Sequence record: SRR20825019_103
DNA length: 36,892 nucleotides
Reading direction: 5' to 3' (one strand)
The stretch's first letter is position 1. Every line of letters begins with the position of its first letter. The notes under the pieces are model-generated. The model saw only the letters and a list, made by a program, of their open reading frames with translations, was not told where the DNA came from and did not search any database. This document shows, one piece after another, positions 28,553-36,892 of this stretch. Made by a program: the position numbers and the translations under genes.

Positions 28553-30919
28553 GTGGATTTACAGGCGCTGGTGAACGAGGCCTTTGCACGGCATCAGTCC
28601 GGGCACCTGAAAGAGGCGGCGTTCCTCTATCGTAAAGTGCTCGCCGTGCATCCGCCGATTCCGCTTGTGTTGTCTCTTGCCGGTGATGCGGCGACGTCGG
28701 ACGGCCATCCGGCATCCGGTGCGGCCTTGCTGAAGAGGGCTCTCGTGCTTGAGCCGCGCAAAAGTTCGTTCCATCAGCTCCTGGCCTTTGCCGAGGCGTC
28801 CCGGGGAAATCTTGAACAGGCCGGGGAGCATTACGCTGCCGCCGTGAATTTCGATCCGCTGAATGTTTCGGCGATGAGCGACTGGGCTAACCTGGTGCGT
28901 TCCCGGCATCCGGACACGGCCCGGAGGCTGGCCCGTAAAACCATCCTGCTCAATCCGGAACTCCCCGGGCATCTGAAGCTGCTGGCGGAGATGACGGTCA
29001 CGCGTGACCGGTTGGCCGGAGCGCGGCTGATGCGCCGGGTGATCTGCGGTAATCCGCTGGACGCGGACGCCTGGAAAGCGCTCGGCCTGGTGGCGCAGGC
29101 GGATGAGGATAATGAGGCCGCCGATATTGCCCTGAAGCGCTCAATCCTGCTTGCACCGCGTGACGCGGTCGTTTGTGCCAGGCTGGGCGGCTCCCTGTCC
29201 CGGCAAGGTGCGCACCGGGAGGCATTGCTGCTGTTGCGCCTGTGCGTGATGCTGGATCTGGCGCGGGCGGACAGCTGGCTTGCCTATGCAGGCGCGCTGC
29301 ATGCGGACGGTCAGTCAACTGCCTCTGAAACCTTGTTCCGGAGATCTCTGGTTCTGGAACCGGCTGGGTTGTTTGCGCTCCAAAGCCATCTGGTGATTCT
29401 GGCCAAGGAGGGGGTGCCTGCCGACCGGATCCGGGCCGGGTATCGCCGGGTTCTGCGCGCCGATCCGAGAGACGCCCGGAGCTGGGCTAATTTCAGTAAA
29501 TTCCTGCTCGATCAAGGCGCGTACTATGCTGCCGCCAAAGCGATCAAGAGCGCGCTTGTTACTGGCGGCTCGGACCGGGACATGCTCGTCGGGCTGGCCA
29601 ATGCGTACCGGCAATCGCGGCAGCACCCGCTTGCGGAGCATTCTCTGCGCTGGGCCCGTTCTGCCTTTCCGGAAGACCGCACGATCCAGTCCGGTCTCCT
29701 CATGGGGCATAATTATGAAAGTGGCGTTTCCGCGCGGTCTCTCTATCTGGATCACAGGGCATGGGCCGAGGACTGGGCGCCGGCAGAGGAACCGCTGGAC
29801 TACGATGTGGACCGGAAGGCTGACCGCCGGATTCATCTCGGCTTCGTCTCTCCGGATCTGAAACGGCATCCGGTGGGCTTTTTTCTGCTGCCGGTGCTAA
29901 TGCATCTCTCTCGTAAGAGATTCCGGATATCGATCTATTCCGATGCCGGGAAGGGCGACTTGTTCACGCAGGAGATCCGCCGTCACGCGGATCACTGGTT
30001 TGATGCGACGGGGAAAAACGACGACGTCCTACGGGACCGGATACAGGAAGACAGGGTCGATATCCTGTTCGACCTTGCCGGTCATTCGGCCTCCAATCGC
30101 ATGGGACTGTTCGCCAGACGCGCGGCCCCCCTGCAGATGAGCTGGATGGGCTATGTCGGCACCACCGGCCTCGATGCCATGGATTATCTCGTGACTGACC
30201 GGTTTCAGACCTTGCCGGGAACCGAGGAATTTTATTCCGAGCGCTGGCTGGTTCTGCCGGATGATTATATCTGTTTCCTGGCTGCCCCGACATCGCCGCC
30301 GGTCGTGCCAAGTCCTGCGCTCGCCAATGGCTTTGTCACTTTTGGCAGCTTCAATAATCCGGCGAAGCTGACTGACGAAACACTGGATCTCTGGGGCCGG
30401 GTTCTTTCGGGCATCCCGCAATCACGTCTGCTGCTCGCCTATCGCGGTTTTGACGATCCCGGGATTCAAGAGGATGTCCGGGCCCGTCTGGGGACGTCGG
30501 GAATCGCGCCGGACCGGGTGGAGTTCAGGACCTTCACTTATCATGAGGAATTTCTCGGCGGATACGGGCTGATGGATATCGCGCTGGATACGATGCCCTA
30601 TTCCGGCGGGCTGACAACGTGCGAGGCGCTCTGGATGGGTGTCCCCGTCATCTCTCTTGCGGCGCAGAGTCATTTTGCTGGGCGGCACTCACTCAGCCAT
30701 CTGAGCAATGCCGGTTTTCCTGAATGGGCGGTGGAGAATGCAGAGGACTTCGTTGCAAGAGCCACTGATCTGGCATCGGACGTTCAACATCTGGGCGAAA
30801 CCCGTAAAACTCTGCGCCAGCGGGTCGCTGCATCGCCATTATGCGATCAGGAACGCTATGCGCGCGGTGTTGAAGCGCGGCTTGTCGAGGCATGGGCGGA
30901 TTATTGTCAAAAACCTTGA
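28553..30919 (+). CDS. TPR-containing O-GlcNAc transferase-like glycosyltransferase (GT41/SPINDLY family)
   Basis: N-terminal TPR-like helical repeats. GFVSPDLKRHPVGFF, DILFDLAGHS, APLQMSWMGYVGTTG, TFGSFNNPAKL, DTMPYSGGLTTCEALWMGVPV. Confidence 0.92.
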   Translation: MDLQALVNEAFARHQSGHLKEAAFLYRKVLAVHPPIPLVLSLAGDAATSDGHPASGAALLKRALVLEPRKSSFHQLLAFAEASRGNLEQAGEHYAAAVNFDPLNVSAMSDWANLVRSRHPDTARRLARKTILLNPELPGHLKLLAEMTVTRDRLAGARLMRRVICGNPLDADAWKALGLVAQADEDNEAADIALKRSILLAPRDAVVCARLGGSLSRQGAHREALLLLRLCVMLDLARADSWLAYAGALHADGQSTASETLFRRSLVLEPAGLFALQSHLVILAKEGVPADRIRAGYRRVLRADPRDARSWANFSKFLLDQGAYYAAAKAIKSALVTGGSDRDMLVGLANAYRQSRQHPLAEHSLRWARSAFPEDRTIQSGLLMGHNYESGVSARSLYLDHRAWAEDWAPAEEPLDYDVDRKADRRIHLGFVSPDLKRHPVGFFLLPVLMHLSRKRFRISIYSDAGKGDLFTQEIRRHADHWFDATGKNDDVLRDRIQEDRVDILFDLAGHSASNRMGLFARRAAPLQMSWMGYVGTTGLDAMDYLVTDRFQTLPGTEEFYSERWLVLPDDYICFLAAPTSPPVVPSPALANGFVTFGSFNNPAKLTDETLDLWGRVLSGIPQSRLLLAYRGFDDPGIQEDVRARLGTSGIAPDRVEFRTFTYHEEFLGGYGLMDIALDTMPYSGGLTTCEALWMGVPVISLAAQSHFAGRHSLSHLSNAGFPEWAVENAEDFVARATDLASDVQHLGETRKTLRQRVAASPLCDQERYARGVEARLVEAWADYCQKP

Positions 30920-31106
30920 TGCTGCGTCCTGATCGTGAACTCCTTGAGGTCGGGCGGGTTTCGCCCGATGGAGATGCCGATGTTAATCGTTAATTCACGA
31001 TTAAGGGATATCTCTGGTGATGCTGAAATGACGGTTCTTTTGTCGGTTTTAGAGAGTCAGGGGAAATCGCGCCCTGCATACAAGCGTGCGGCGCGCTGGT
31101 GACGGA

Positions 31107-32675
31107 ATGTCCGACGACGACGTGAATATTCTCGAGTTTCTCGTGGAAGACGAGGACGTGCCTGGCCTTCGTGCCGAGCCGTGGAAAGTGCTCATCGTTG
31201 ATGATGACCGCGATGTGGCGGCGACGACGATCCTTGTGTTGCGCGATGTCGAGGTCGAGGGCAGACCGCTTGATCTGCTTTCTGCATACTCTGCTGCGGA
31301 AGCCAAGCAGATATTGTCCGAGCATCCCGATATCGGCCTCGCCCTTATCGATGTGGTCATGGAAACGCCGAATGCCGGTCTTGAGCTGATCCATCATATT
31401 CGCCACGAGATGAGGAACAAGCTGATCCGGTTGGTCGTGCGTACCGGCCAGCCGGGACATGCGCCGGAACAGAGCGTCATCATCGATTACGATATCAGCG
31501 ATTATAAAGAGAAGACCGAGCTCAGCGCCCAGAAGCTTTTCTCGCTCGCTTATGCGGCCTTGCGCTCCTATCAGCAGTTTCTTGCGATGGAGCAGAGCCG
31601 GCGCGGCCTCATGAAAGTGCTCCAGATGTCCACGGCTCTGTTCGAGAAACCGGATCTGGCGGAATTTGCCGACGGCATCCTCGATAACCTCGATGTCATC
31701 GCAAACATGAACCGGACCCGGCATGAGAAATTCGGGGCACGCGGCGTCCTTGCAGTGACGGACAGCAAGAACGCGGAGGCGAAGGATTTCGAAATCATTG
31801 CCGGAAAGCGCCGCCGTGATGACCCCCGAATCCTGGCTGACCTGCCGCTTGATGCGGATGCCAATAAACTGGTTGGAGAGCTGGCTGGCCGTGGTCCGGG
31901 AATTCATACCGGCCGGACCGAAAATGCGCTGCTGACGGGGATTGTCGGACGCAACGGGCAAACCAGTCTGCTTTACATGCCCGAACTGCAGGGACTGAGC
32001 GGATCGGATGCCCAGATTGTTGATGTCTTCGTTTCCCAGGTTCTGACGGCCTTCGATAATATCCGGCTGCATGATCAAACCGAGCGCGCGCAGCGCGAAA
32101 TCGTGCTGCGGCTGGGGGAAGCCGTTGAAACCCGATCCGGGGAAACCGGACGTCATGTCTCCCGGGTCGCACTTTACGCCCGTGAAATTGCGGACAAGCT
32201 GGGCTTTAGCAGGTCGGATTCCGAGCTGCTTTTTCGCGCGGCGCCCTTGCACGACATAGGCAAGATTGGCATCCCGGATGCAATTCTCTGCAAACCCGGA
32301 AAGCTCGACCCGGAAGAGTGGCGGGTGATGCAGGAGCACACGACCATCGGCTACGAAATGCTCCGGACGTCGGACATGCCTATCCTGAAGCTGGCGGCGC
32401 GCATTGCGCTTGAGCATCACGAAAAATGGGCTGGTGGCGGGTATCCGCACAATCTCAAGGCCGAGGAGATTTCGATCGAAGGACGCATTATCGGACTCGT
32501 CGATGTCTTCGATGCGCTGACCTCGGACCGGGTCTACAAAAAAGCATGGTCAGTAGAAGATGCCGTGCAGCTCATTCGGGAAGAAAGCGGCCGTCACTTC
32601 GATCCAGTGGTCGTCGATACTTTTCTGAAGAAGTTGTCCATCATGATCGACATCAGAATGAGCAATGCTGATTAG
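31107..32675 (+). CDS. Response regulator with REC, central DUF3369-like and HD-GYP cyclic-dinucleotide phosphodiesterase domains
   Basis: REC: WKVLIVDDD, LIDVVMET, RTGQPG. HD-GYP: ETGRHVSRV, LHDIGKIG, HHEKWAGGGYP, DVFDALTSDRVYK. Start revised to ATG 31107. Confidence 0.92.
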   Translation: MSDDDVNILEFLVEDEDVPGLRAEPWKVLIVDDDRDVAATTILVLRDVEVEGRPLDLLSAYSAAEAKQILSEHPDIGLALIDVVMETPNAGLELIHHIRHEMRNKLIRLVVRTGQPGHAPEQSVIIDYDISDYKEKTELSAQKLFSLAYAALRSYQQFLAMEQSRRGLMKVLQMSTALFEKPDLAEFADGILDNLDVIANMNRTRHEKFGARGVLAVTDSKNAEAKDFEIIAGKRRRDDPRILADLPLDADANKLVGELAGRGPGIHTGRTENALLTGIVGRNGQTSLLYMPELQGLSGSDAQIVDVFVSQVLTAFDNIRLHDQTERAQREIVLRLGEAVETRSGETGRHVSRVALYAREIADKLGFSRSDSELLFRAAPLHDIGKIGIPDAILCKPGKLDPEEWRVMQEHTTIGYEMLRTSDMPILKLAARIALEHHEKWAGGGYPHNLKAEEISIEGRIIGLVDVFDALTSDRVYKKAWSVEDAVQLIREESGRHFDPVVVDTFLKKLSIMIDIRMSNAD

Positions 32676-32740
32676 ACTTCCGTGTAAGGGCCCCCGGCCA
32701 CGAACATGGCGCATTGACTTAAGTATCAGATTGCCAAAAA

Positions 32741-32786
32741 CGAAAGTATAATGCACCTTCATAAGAAGGTGTGCACTATGTTGCAT
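32741..32786 (+). promoter_or_regulatory. Candidate promoter/operator region with TGCA boxes upstream of the ABC importer
   Basis: TATAATGCAC (32747-32756), inverted repeat CACCTTC-ATAA-GAAGGTG, and near-palindrome GTGCACTATGTTGCAT (32771-32786). Confidence 0.5.
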
Positions 32787-32833
32787 GTACTTGTTGTGGC
32801 ATGGTTGCCGCATCATTCTGGGAGGCTTGTGCA

Positions 32834-34018
32834 ATGTTTAGAAGAATAACGACCCTTGCGGCACTGGGAGCATTACTGGCAGCTCCGGCGATGGCAGCCG
32901 ACAAGGTCAAAATCGGTTTCGTCACCACCATCACAACGCCCGCTGGCGTTATCGGCCAGGACATGGTCGATGCGGTTAATCTGGCGATGGAAGATATCGG
33001 CGGCAAGATGGCCGGCCTTGATGTGGAACTCATCATCGAGGATGACGGCTTCAAACCTCCGGTCGGCAAGCAGAAGGTCGACAAGCTGGTGAAGAAGGAT
33101 GAAGTCGATTTCATCGGCGGTTTCATCTGGTCCCACGTGCTGCTGGCCTCGAAAAAGTCAGCGCTCGATTCAGGCACCTTTCTGATCAGCTCGAATGCCG
33201 GACCGTCGCAGCTTGCCGGTAAACAGTGCGACAAGAATTTCTTCTCCACCTCCTGGCAGAACGACCAGACGCCGATGGCGATGGGCGAAGTCCTGAACCA
33301 GAACGGCGTCAAGTCGGTCTACATCATGGCGCCGAACTATGCCGCCGGTAAGAACATGATCGCCGGTGTCGAACGGACCTTCAAAGGCAAGGTCGCCGGA
33401 CGCGATCTGACCAAATGGGGCAAGGACGCACAGCTCGACTTCTCCGCCGAGCTGGCGAAGGCGAAAGCCTCCGGTGCCGAGGCCCTCTGGGTGTTCTACC
33501 CGGGCAAGGCTGGCGGTGCGCTGATCAAGCAGTATGAGCAGGCTGGCCTGCAGGATACGCTGCCGCTTTATACCGTCTTCACCGTTGACTCGATTGCCCT
33601 GCCGAAGCTGCAGGAAGGCAATCTCAAGGGCGTTCTCGGCTCCCGCAATACCCAGCATTGGGGGCCGGATCTGGACAACCCGCAGAACAAGAAGTTCGTC
33701 GAAGGCTTCAAGAAGAAGTACGGCCATTATCCATCCTTCTACGCAGCCCAGTCCTACGACACGATCTTCCTGATCAAGAGCGCGGTCGAAGCGGTGAATG
33801 GCGATCTGTCGAACAAGGACGGCATGCGCGCCGCCATGAAGAAAGCTGACTTCCCGTCCACCCGCGGCAAGTTCAGCTATGGGAACAACCATTTCCCGAT
33901 CCAGAACTTCTATCTGCGTGAAGTTGTTGCGGATGCCGACGGTGTCTGGACGACCAAGATCGTCAGCACGGTCATGGAAAACCACCAGGATCCGTACGCG
34001 GCCGAATGCAAAATGTAA
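32834..34018 (+). CDS. ABC transporter periplasmic binding protein, LivK/HAAT family, probably for aromatic acids
   Basis: GGAGG at 32821, then ATG 32834 (start revised from 32771). Signal peptide MFRRITTLAALGALLAAPAMA. KIGFVTT, IEDDG, SSNAGPSQLAG, FFSTSWQNDQ. Confidence 0.92.
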   Translation: MFRRITTLAALGALLAAPAMAADKVKIGFVTTITTPAGVIGQDMVDAVNLAMEDIGGKMAGLDVELIIEDDGFKPPVGKQKVDKLVKKDEVDFIGGFIWSHVLLASKKSALDSGTFLISSNAGPSQLAGKQCDKNFFSTSWQNDQTPMAMGEVLNQNGVKSVYIMAPNYAAGKNMIAGVERTFKGKVAGRDLTKWGKDAQLDFSAELAKAKASGAEALWVFYPGKAGGALIKQYEQAGLQDTLPLYTVFTVDSIALPKLQEGNLKGVLGSRNTQHWGPDLDNPQNKKFVEGFKKKYGHYPSFYAAQSYDTIFLIKSAVEAVNGDLSNKDGMRAAMKKADFPSTRGKFSYGNNHFPIQNFYLREVVADADGVWTTKIVSTVMENHQDPYAAECKM

Positions 34019-34092
34019 TCATCCTGTTGGGATGACGGGAAATCGGCGGAGCGAGAGCCCCGCCGGTTTCGGTTTTCGCCTCTGGCGCAAAA
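34019..34092 (+). other. Intercistronic stem-loops after the binding-protein gene (likely mRNA stabiliser or attenuator)
   Basis: TCATCC-TGTTG-GGATGA (34019-34035), GAAATCGGCGGAGC-GAGA-GCCCCGCCGGTTTC (34039-34070, GNRA loop), and a weak third hairpin CGCC-TCT-GGCG. Confidence 0.65.
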
Positions 34093-34116
34093 ATAAAGTT
34101 CAAGTGGGGCTGCTGG

Positions 34117-35040
34117 GTGGACTGGGGACTTTTTACAATTCAGATGCTGAACGGGGTGCAGCTTGGCGTGCTCCTGTTCTTGCTCGCCGCGGGCCTGACG
34201 CTGGTCTTCGGCATCATGGACTTCGTGAATTTGGCGCATGGCTCGCTCTACATGATGGGCGCCTATTTTTGTGCGACTCTGGTGCAGGTCACGGATTCCT
34301 TCATCCTCGGTGTCATCCTGGCGCTGCCGCTGACAGCCTTGCTGGGCTGGATTGTCGAGCTGATCGTCGTCAGGGCGCTTTACACGCATGACCATCTGGA
34401 TCATGTGCTGGCGACCTTCGGGATGATCCTGTGCTTCGATACGGCCGTGGATTTCATCTGGGGGCCGACCGGCATGGCCATTCCGCTGCCGGAATTTCTC
34501 GACAGTCATATCGATCTCTTCGGCGGTCACACATTCCCGGTGTTCCGGATATTGATCATCGGCACCGGGCTTGCGGTTGCCGGGTTCCTCTATGTCATGG
34601 TCACGCATACCAAGATCGGCATGTTGATCCGGGCGGGTGCTTCGAACCGGACCATGGTGATGGCGCTCGGGGTTGATATCGGCAAATTGTTCGCTCTTGT
34701 TTTTGCCGTTGGTGCCGCGCTCGCGGGGCTTGCGGGCATGCTGATCGCGCCGATCACGGAAGCGAGCATCGGCATGGGCAACGAGATTATCATCGTCGCC
34801 TTCGTCGTTATCATCATTGGCGGTATCGGCTCGATCAAGGGCGCCTTCGTGGCCGCCATGCTGGTCGGTATGATCGATACGATGGGGCGCTCCTTCCTCG
34901 ATCAGTTGCTGAAAGTTTTCATGTCGTCCGAGAGTGCCGAGACATCGGCGCCCGCCCTGTCCGCCATGGCGATCTATATCCTGATGGCCATGGTGCTGGC
35001 CATCCGGCCCCAGGGCCTGTTCCCGCCGAAGGTGCGTTGA
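34117..35040 (+). CDS. Branched-chain amino acid-type ABC permease (LivH-like)
   Basis: GLTLVFGIMDFVNLAHGSLYMMGAY, TKIGMLIRA, IIIGGIGS. Hydrophobic throughout. Confidence 0.93.
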   Translation: MDWGLFTIQMLNGVQLGVLLFLLAAGLTLVFGIMDFVNLAHGSLYMMGAYFCATLVQVTDSFILGVILALPLTALLGWIVELIVVRALYTHDHLDHVLATFGMILCFDTAVDFIWGPTGMAIPLPEFLDSHIDLFGGHTFPVFRILIIGTGLAVAGFLYVMVTHTKIGMLIRAGASNRTMVMALGVDIGKLFALVFAVGAALAGLAGMLIAPITEASIGMGNEIIIVAFVVIIIGGIGSIKGAFVAAMLVGMIDTMGRSFLDQLLKVFMSSESAETSAPALSAMAIYILMAMVLAIRPQGLFPPKVR

Positions 35041-35043
35041 GCC

Positions 35044-36018
35044 ATGACATCCTTGTTCAGAACGGGCCTTCCGGCCTTTGTCATGGTCGTGGGGCTCGGG
35101 TTCCTGGCCCTGCTGCCGCTGCTCGCCGAATGGGTCGACAATATCTTCCTGATCGATCTGTTCATGCGGCTGATGATCCTCAGCATCGCTGCGGTCGGTC
35201 TCAACCTGATCCTCGGCTATGGCGGGATGGTCAGTTTCGGCCATGCGGCCTATCTGGTGATCGGCGCCTATGCCGTCGGTATCCCGGCCTATTACGACAT
35301 CTATGATGGCTTCCTGCAGTTCGCCATTGCCATTCTCGCCTCGGCGGCTGTGGCGCTTGTAACCGGGGCCATCGCGCTGCGCACCAAGGGCGTCTATTTC
35401 ATCATGATCACCATGGCCTTCGCGCAGATGGTGTACTTCACATTCGTCTCCATCGAGGAATATGGCGCCGATGATGGACTGACCATCAACATGCGCAGCG
35501 AGTTCGCCGGCCTGCTCGATATCGAGGATAATTTCACCCTCTATTATTTCGTGCTGGCCTCACTGATCGCGGTGCTCGGGCTGGTCTATCGGATCGTGCA
35601 TTCCCGCTTCGGCATGGTTATCTCCGGTGCCAAGGGGAACGAGCGGCGGATGCAGGCAGTCGGTTTCCCGACTTACCGCTATCGCCTTGCCTGCTATGTG
35701 ATCTCCGGCGCGATTTGCGGTTATGCGGGGGCGCTGCTCGGTAACTTCACAAACTTCATCACGCCGGAAATGGGCGACTGGGTGCATTCGGGCGAGCTGA
35801 TCTTCATGGTCGTGCTCGGTGGCGCCGGAAGCCTGTTCGGGCCGGTGCTCGGCACGGCGGTCTTCATCCTGCTGGAGGAATATCTCTCCCGCCTGACCCA
35901 GTATTGGCACTTTCCCTTCGGCGCCATGCTGATCCTGGTGGTGATCTTCACCCGGGGTGGCATTAACGGGATGTTCCGCTGGATCGGTGCGAAATCCGGC
36001 ATCGGAGGACGGTCATGA
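35044..36018 (+). CDS. Branched-chain amino acid-type ABC permease (LivM-like)
   Basis: GLNLILGYGGMVSFGHAAY, KGVYFIMITMAFAQM, SRFG, MVVLGGAGS. Confidence 0.93.
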   Translation: MTSLFRTGLPAFVMVVGLGFLALLPLLAEWVDNIFLIDLFMRLMILSIAAVGLNLILGYGGMVSFGHAAYLVIGAYAVGIPAYYDIYDGFLQFAIAILASAAVALVTGAIALRTKGVYFIMITMAFAQMVYFTFVSIEEYGADDGLTINMRSEFAGLLDIEDNFTLYYFVLASLIAVLGLVYRIVHSRFGMVISGAKGNERRMQAVGFPTYRYRLACYVISGAICGYAGALLGNFTNFITPEMGDWVHSGELIFMVVLGGAGSLFGPVLGTAVFILLEEYLSRLTQYWHFPFGAMLILVVIFTRGGINGMFRWIGAKSGIGGRS

Positions 36019-36767
36019 GCGGCGCGTTTCTCGAGGTTCGGAACCTCTACAAGAGCTATGGCGGGATTGCGGCGACGGATCATGTCGATCTCGATGTCCG
36101 GAAGTCGGAACTGCATGCGATCATCGGCCCGAACGGTGCCGGCAAGACCACGCTGATCGCGCAATTGTCCGGCGAGATCGACCCGGACGGCGGCACGATC
36201 CGCTTTGACGGGCGGGACATGACGAACACGCCCGCTTACAAGCGTTCGCTGCGGGGGCTTGCCCGGTCTTTCCAGATCACCAGCCTGATGCTGGGCATGA
36301 CCGTGCTTGAGAATGTCGCGCTCGCTGTCCAGGCCCACGCAGGCCATTCCTTCCGGTTCTGGCGGGCAGCCCGGAAAGACCCGGCGCTGACGGAACCGGC
36401 GATGGCCGCGCTTGAGGCTGTCGGGCTTCAGGACAGGGCGCACGATATCGCCCAGGCAATGTCTCATGGCGAGCATCGCCAGCTTGAGATCGCCATGGCT
36501 CTGGCGACGAACCCGGTCCTGCTGTTGCTAGACGAGCCGATGGCGGGGATGGGGGTGGAGGAATCCCAGCGCATGGTCGAGATCCTGCGCAGTCTGAAAG
36601 GCGAGAAGACCATGCTCCTGATCGAACACGACATGGACGCGGTCTTCGCGCTGGCGGACCGGATTTCGGTGCTGGTCTATGGCCGTGTGATCGCGACAGG
36701 GACACCCGAGGAAATTCGCGGCGATGAAGCCGTGCGCCGGGCCTATCTCGGCGATGAGGTAGCGTGA
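36015..36767 (+). CDS. ABC ATP-binding protein (LivG-like)
   Basis: Walker A GPNGAGKTT, RSFQITS, LLLLDEPMAG, IEHDMD, AYLG. ATGA overlap with the upstream gene. Confidence 0.94.
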   Translation: MSGAFLEVRNLYKSYGGIAATDHVDLDVRKSELHAIIGPNGAGKTTLIAQLSGEIDPDGGTIRFDGRDMTNTPAYKRSLRGLARSFQITSLMLGMTVLENVALAVQAHAGHSFRFWRAARKDPALTEPAMAALEAVGLQDRAHDIAQAMSHGEHRQLEIAMALATNPVLLLLDEPMAGMGVEESQRMVEILRSLKGEKTMLLIEHDMDAVFALADRISVLVYGRVIATGTPEEIRGDEAVRRAYLGDEVA

Positions 36768-36892
36768 TGCTGAGAGTTGAAGAAATCGAGACATTCTACG
36801 GTGCCAGTCAGGCCCTGTTTGGAATGACCATGAAAATCGGCTCGAACGAGGTCGTGACGCTCATGGGCCGCAACGGCATGGGCAAGACCACC
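36767..36892 (+). CDS. ABC ATP-binding protein (LivF-like), truncated by the window end
   Basis: TGATG overlap. Translates to MLRVEEIETFYGASQALFGMTMKIGSNEVVTLMGRNGMGKTT, ending in a Walker A motif. Confidence 0.9.
   Translation, partial: MLRVEEIETFYGASQALFGMTMKIGSNEVVTLMGRNGMGKTT

Noticed and set aside
26252-30919. Acyl-CoA ligase and GT41 glycosyltransferase as tailoring enzymes of the cluster
   Set aside because: The FAAL makes an acyl-CoA ligase unnecessary, and GT41-TPR enzymes act on proteins. Both are common genes lying beyond the last AT-rich spacer, with no evidence of linkage.
32410-32450. HD-GYP motif variant HHEKWAGGGYP (Ala where Asp is common)
   Set aside because: The HD, HHE, GYP and DVFD residues are intact, so there is no basis for claiming altered function.
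32797-32812. GG-N10-GC sigma54-like spacing (TGGCATGGTTGCCGCA)
   Set aside because: Poor -12 element, and the implied start site would fall on the RBS.
1-36892. CRISPR arrays, tRNA/rRNA genes, integrases or IS elements
   Set aside because: None recognised by eye, so horizontal acquisition of the cluster cannot be shown from this window.

Overview
GC-rich bacterial DNA; the gene content suggests an alphaproteobacterium (inference). Bases 1-~26100 are the 5' part of a hybrid lipopeptide biosynthetic gene cluster. On the minus strand, a 3342-aa type I PKS (FAAL-ACP-KS-AT-KR-ACP-KS-[no AT]-KR-ACP) is coupled by an ATGA overlap to an NRPS (docking domain-C-A-T-C-A-T-C-A..., starting at 9339). The NRPS runs off the left edge and is missing from the ORF track. 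Hand-read A-domain codes suggest Pro, homoserine and an unassigned third residue. Upstream are a divergent Sfp-type PPTase, a secreted Cys-rich SUEL-lectin-like protein, and a co-oriented membrane cassette (SyrD/PvdE-type cyclic peptide exporter, SPFH/prohibitin, DUF697 protein, 63-aa membrane protein), with AT-rich spacers that share a motif. The rest is ordinary flanking DNA: an ADP-forming acyl-CoA ligase, a TPR-GT41 glycosyltransferase, a REC-HD-GYP protein and a Liv-type ABC importer, probably for aromatic acids. Most notable: the AT-less PKS module, the membrane/lectin accessory cassette, and a 30-bp inverted copy of the PCP1 core motif inside C-domain 2.
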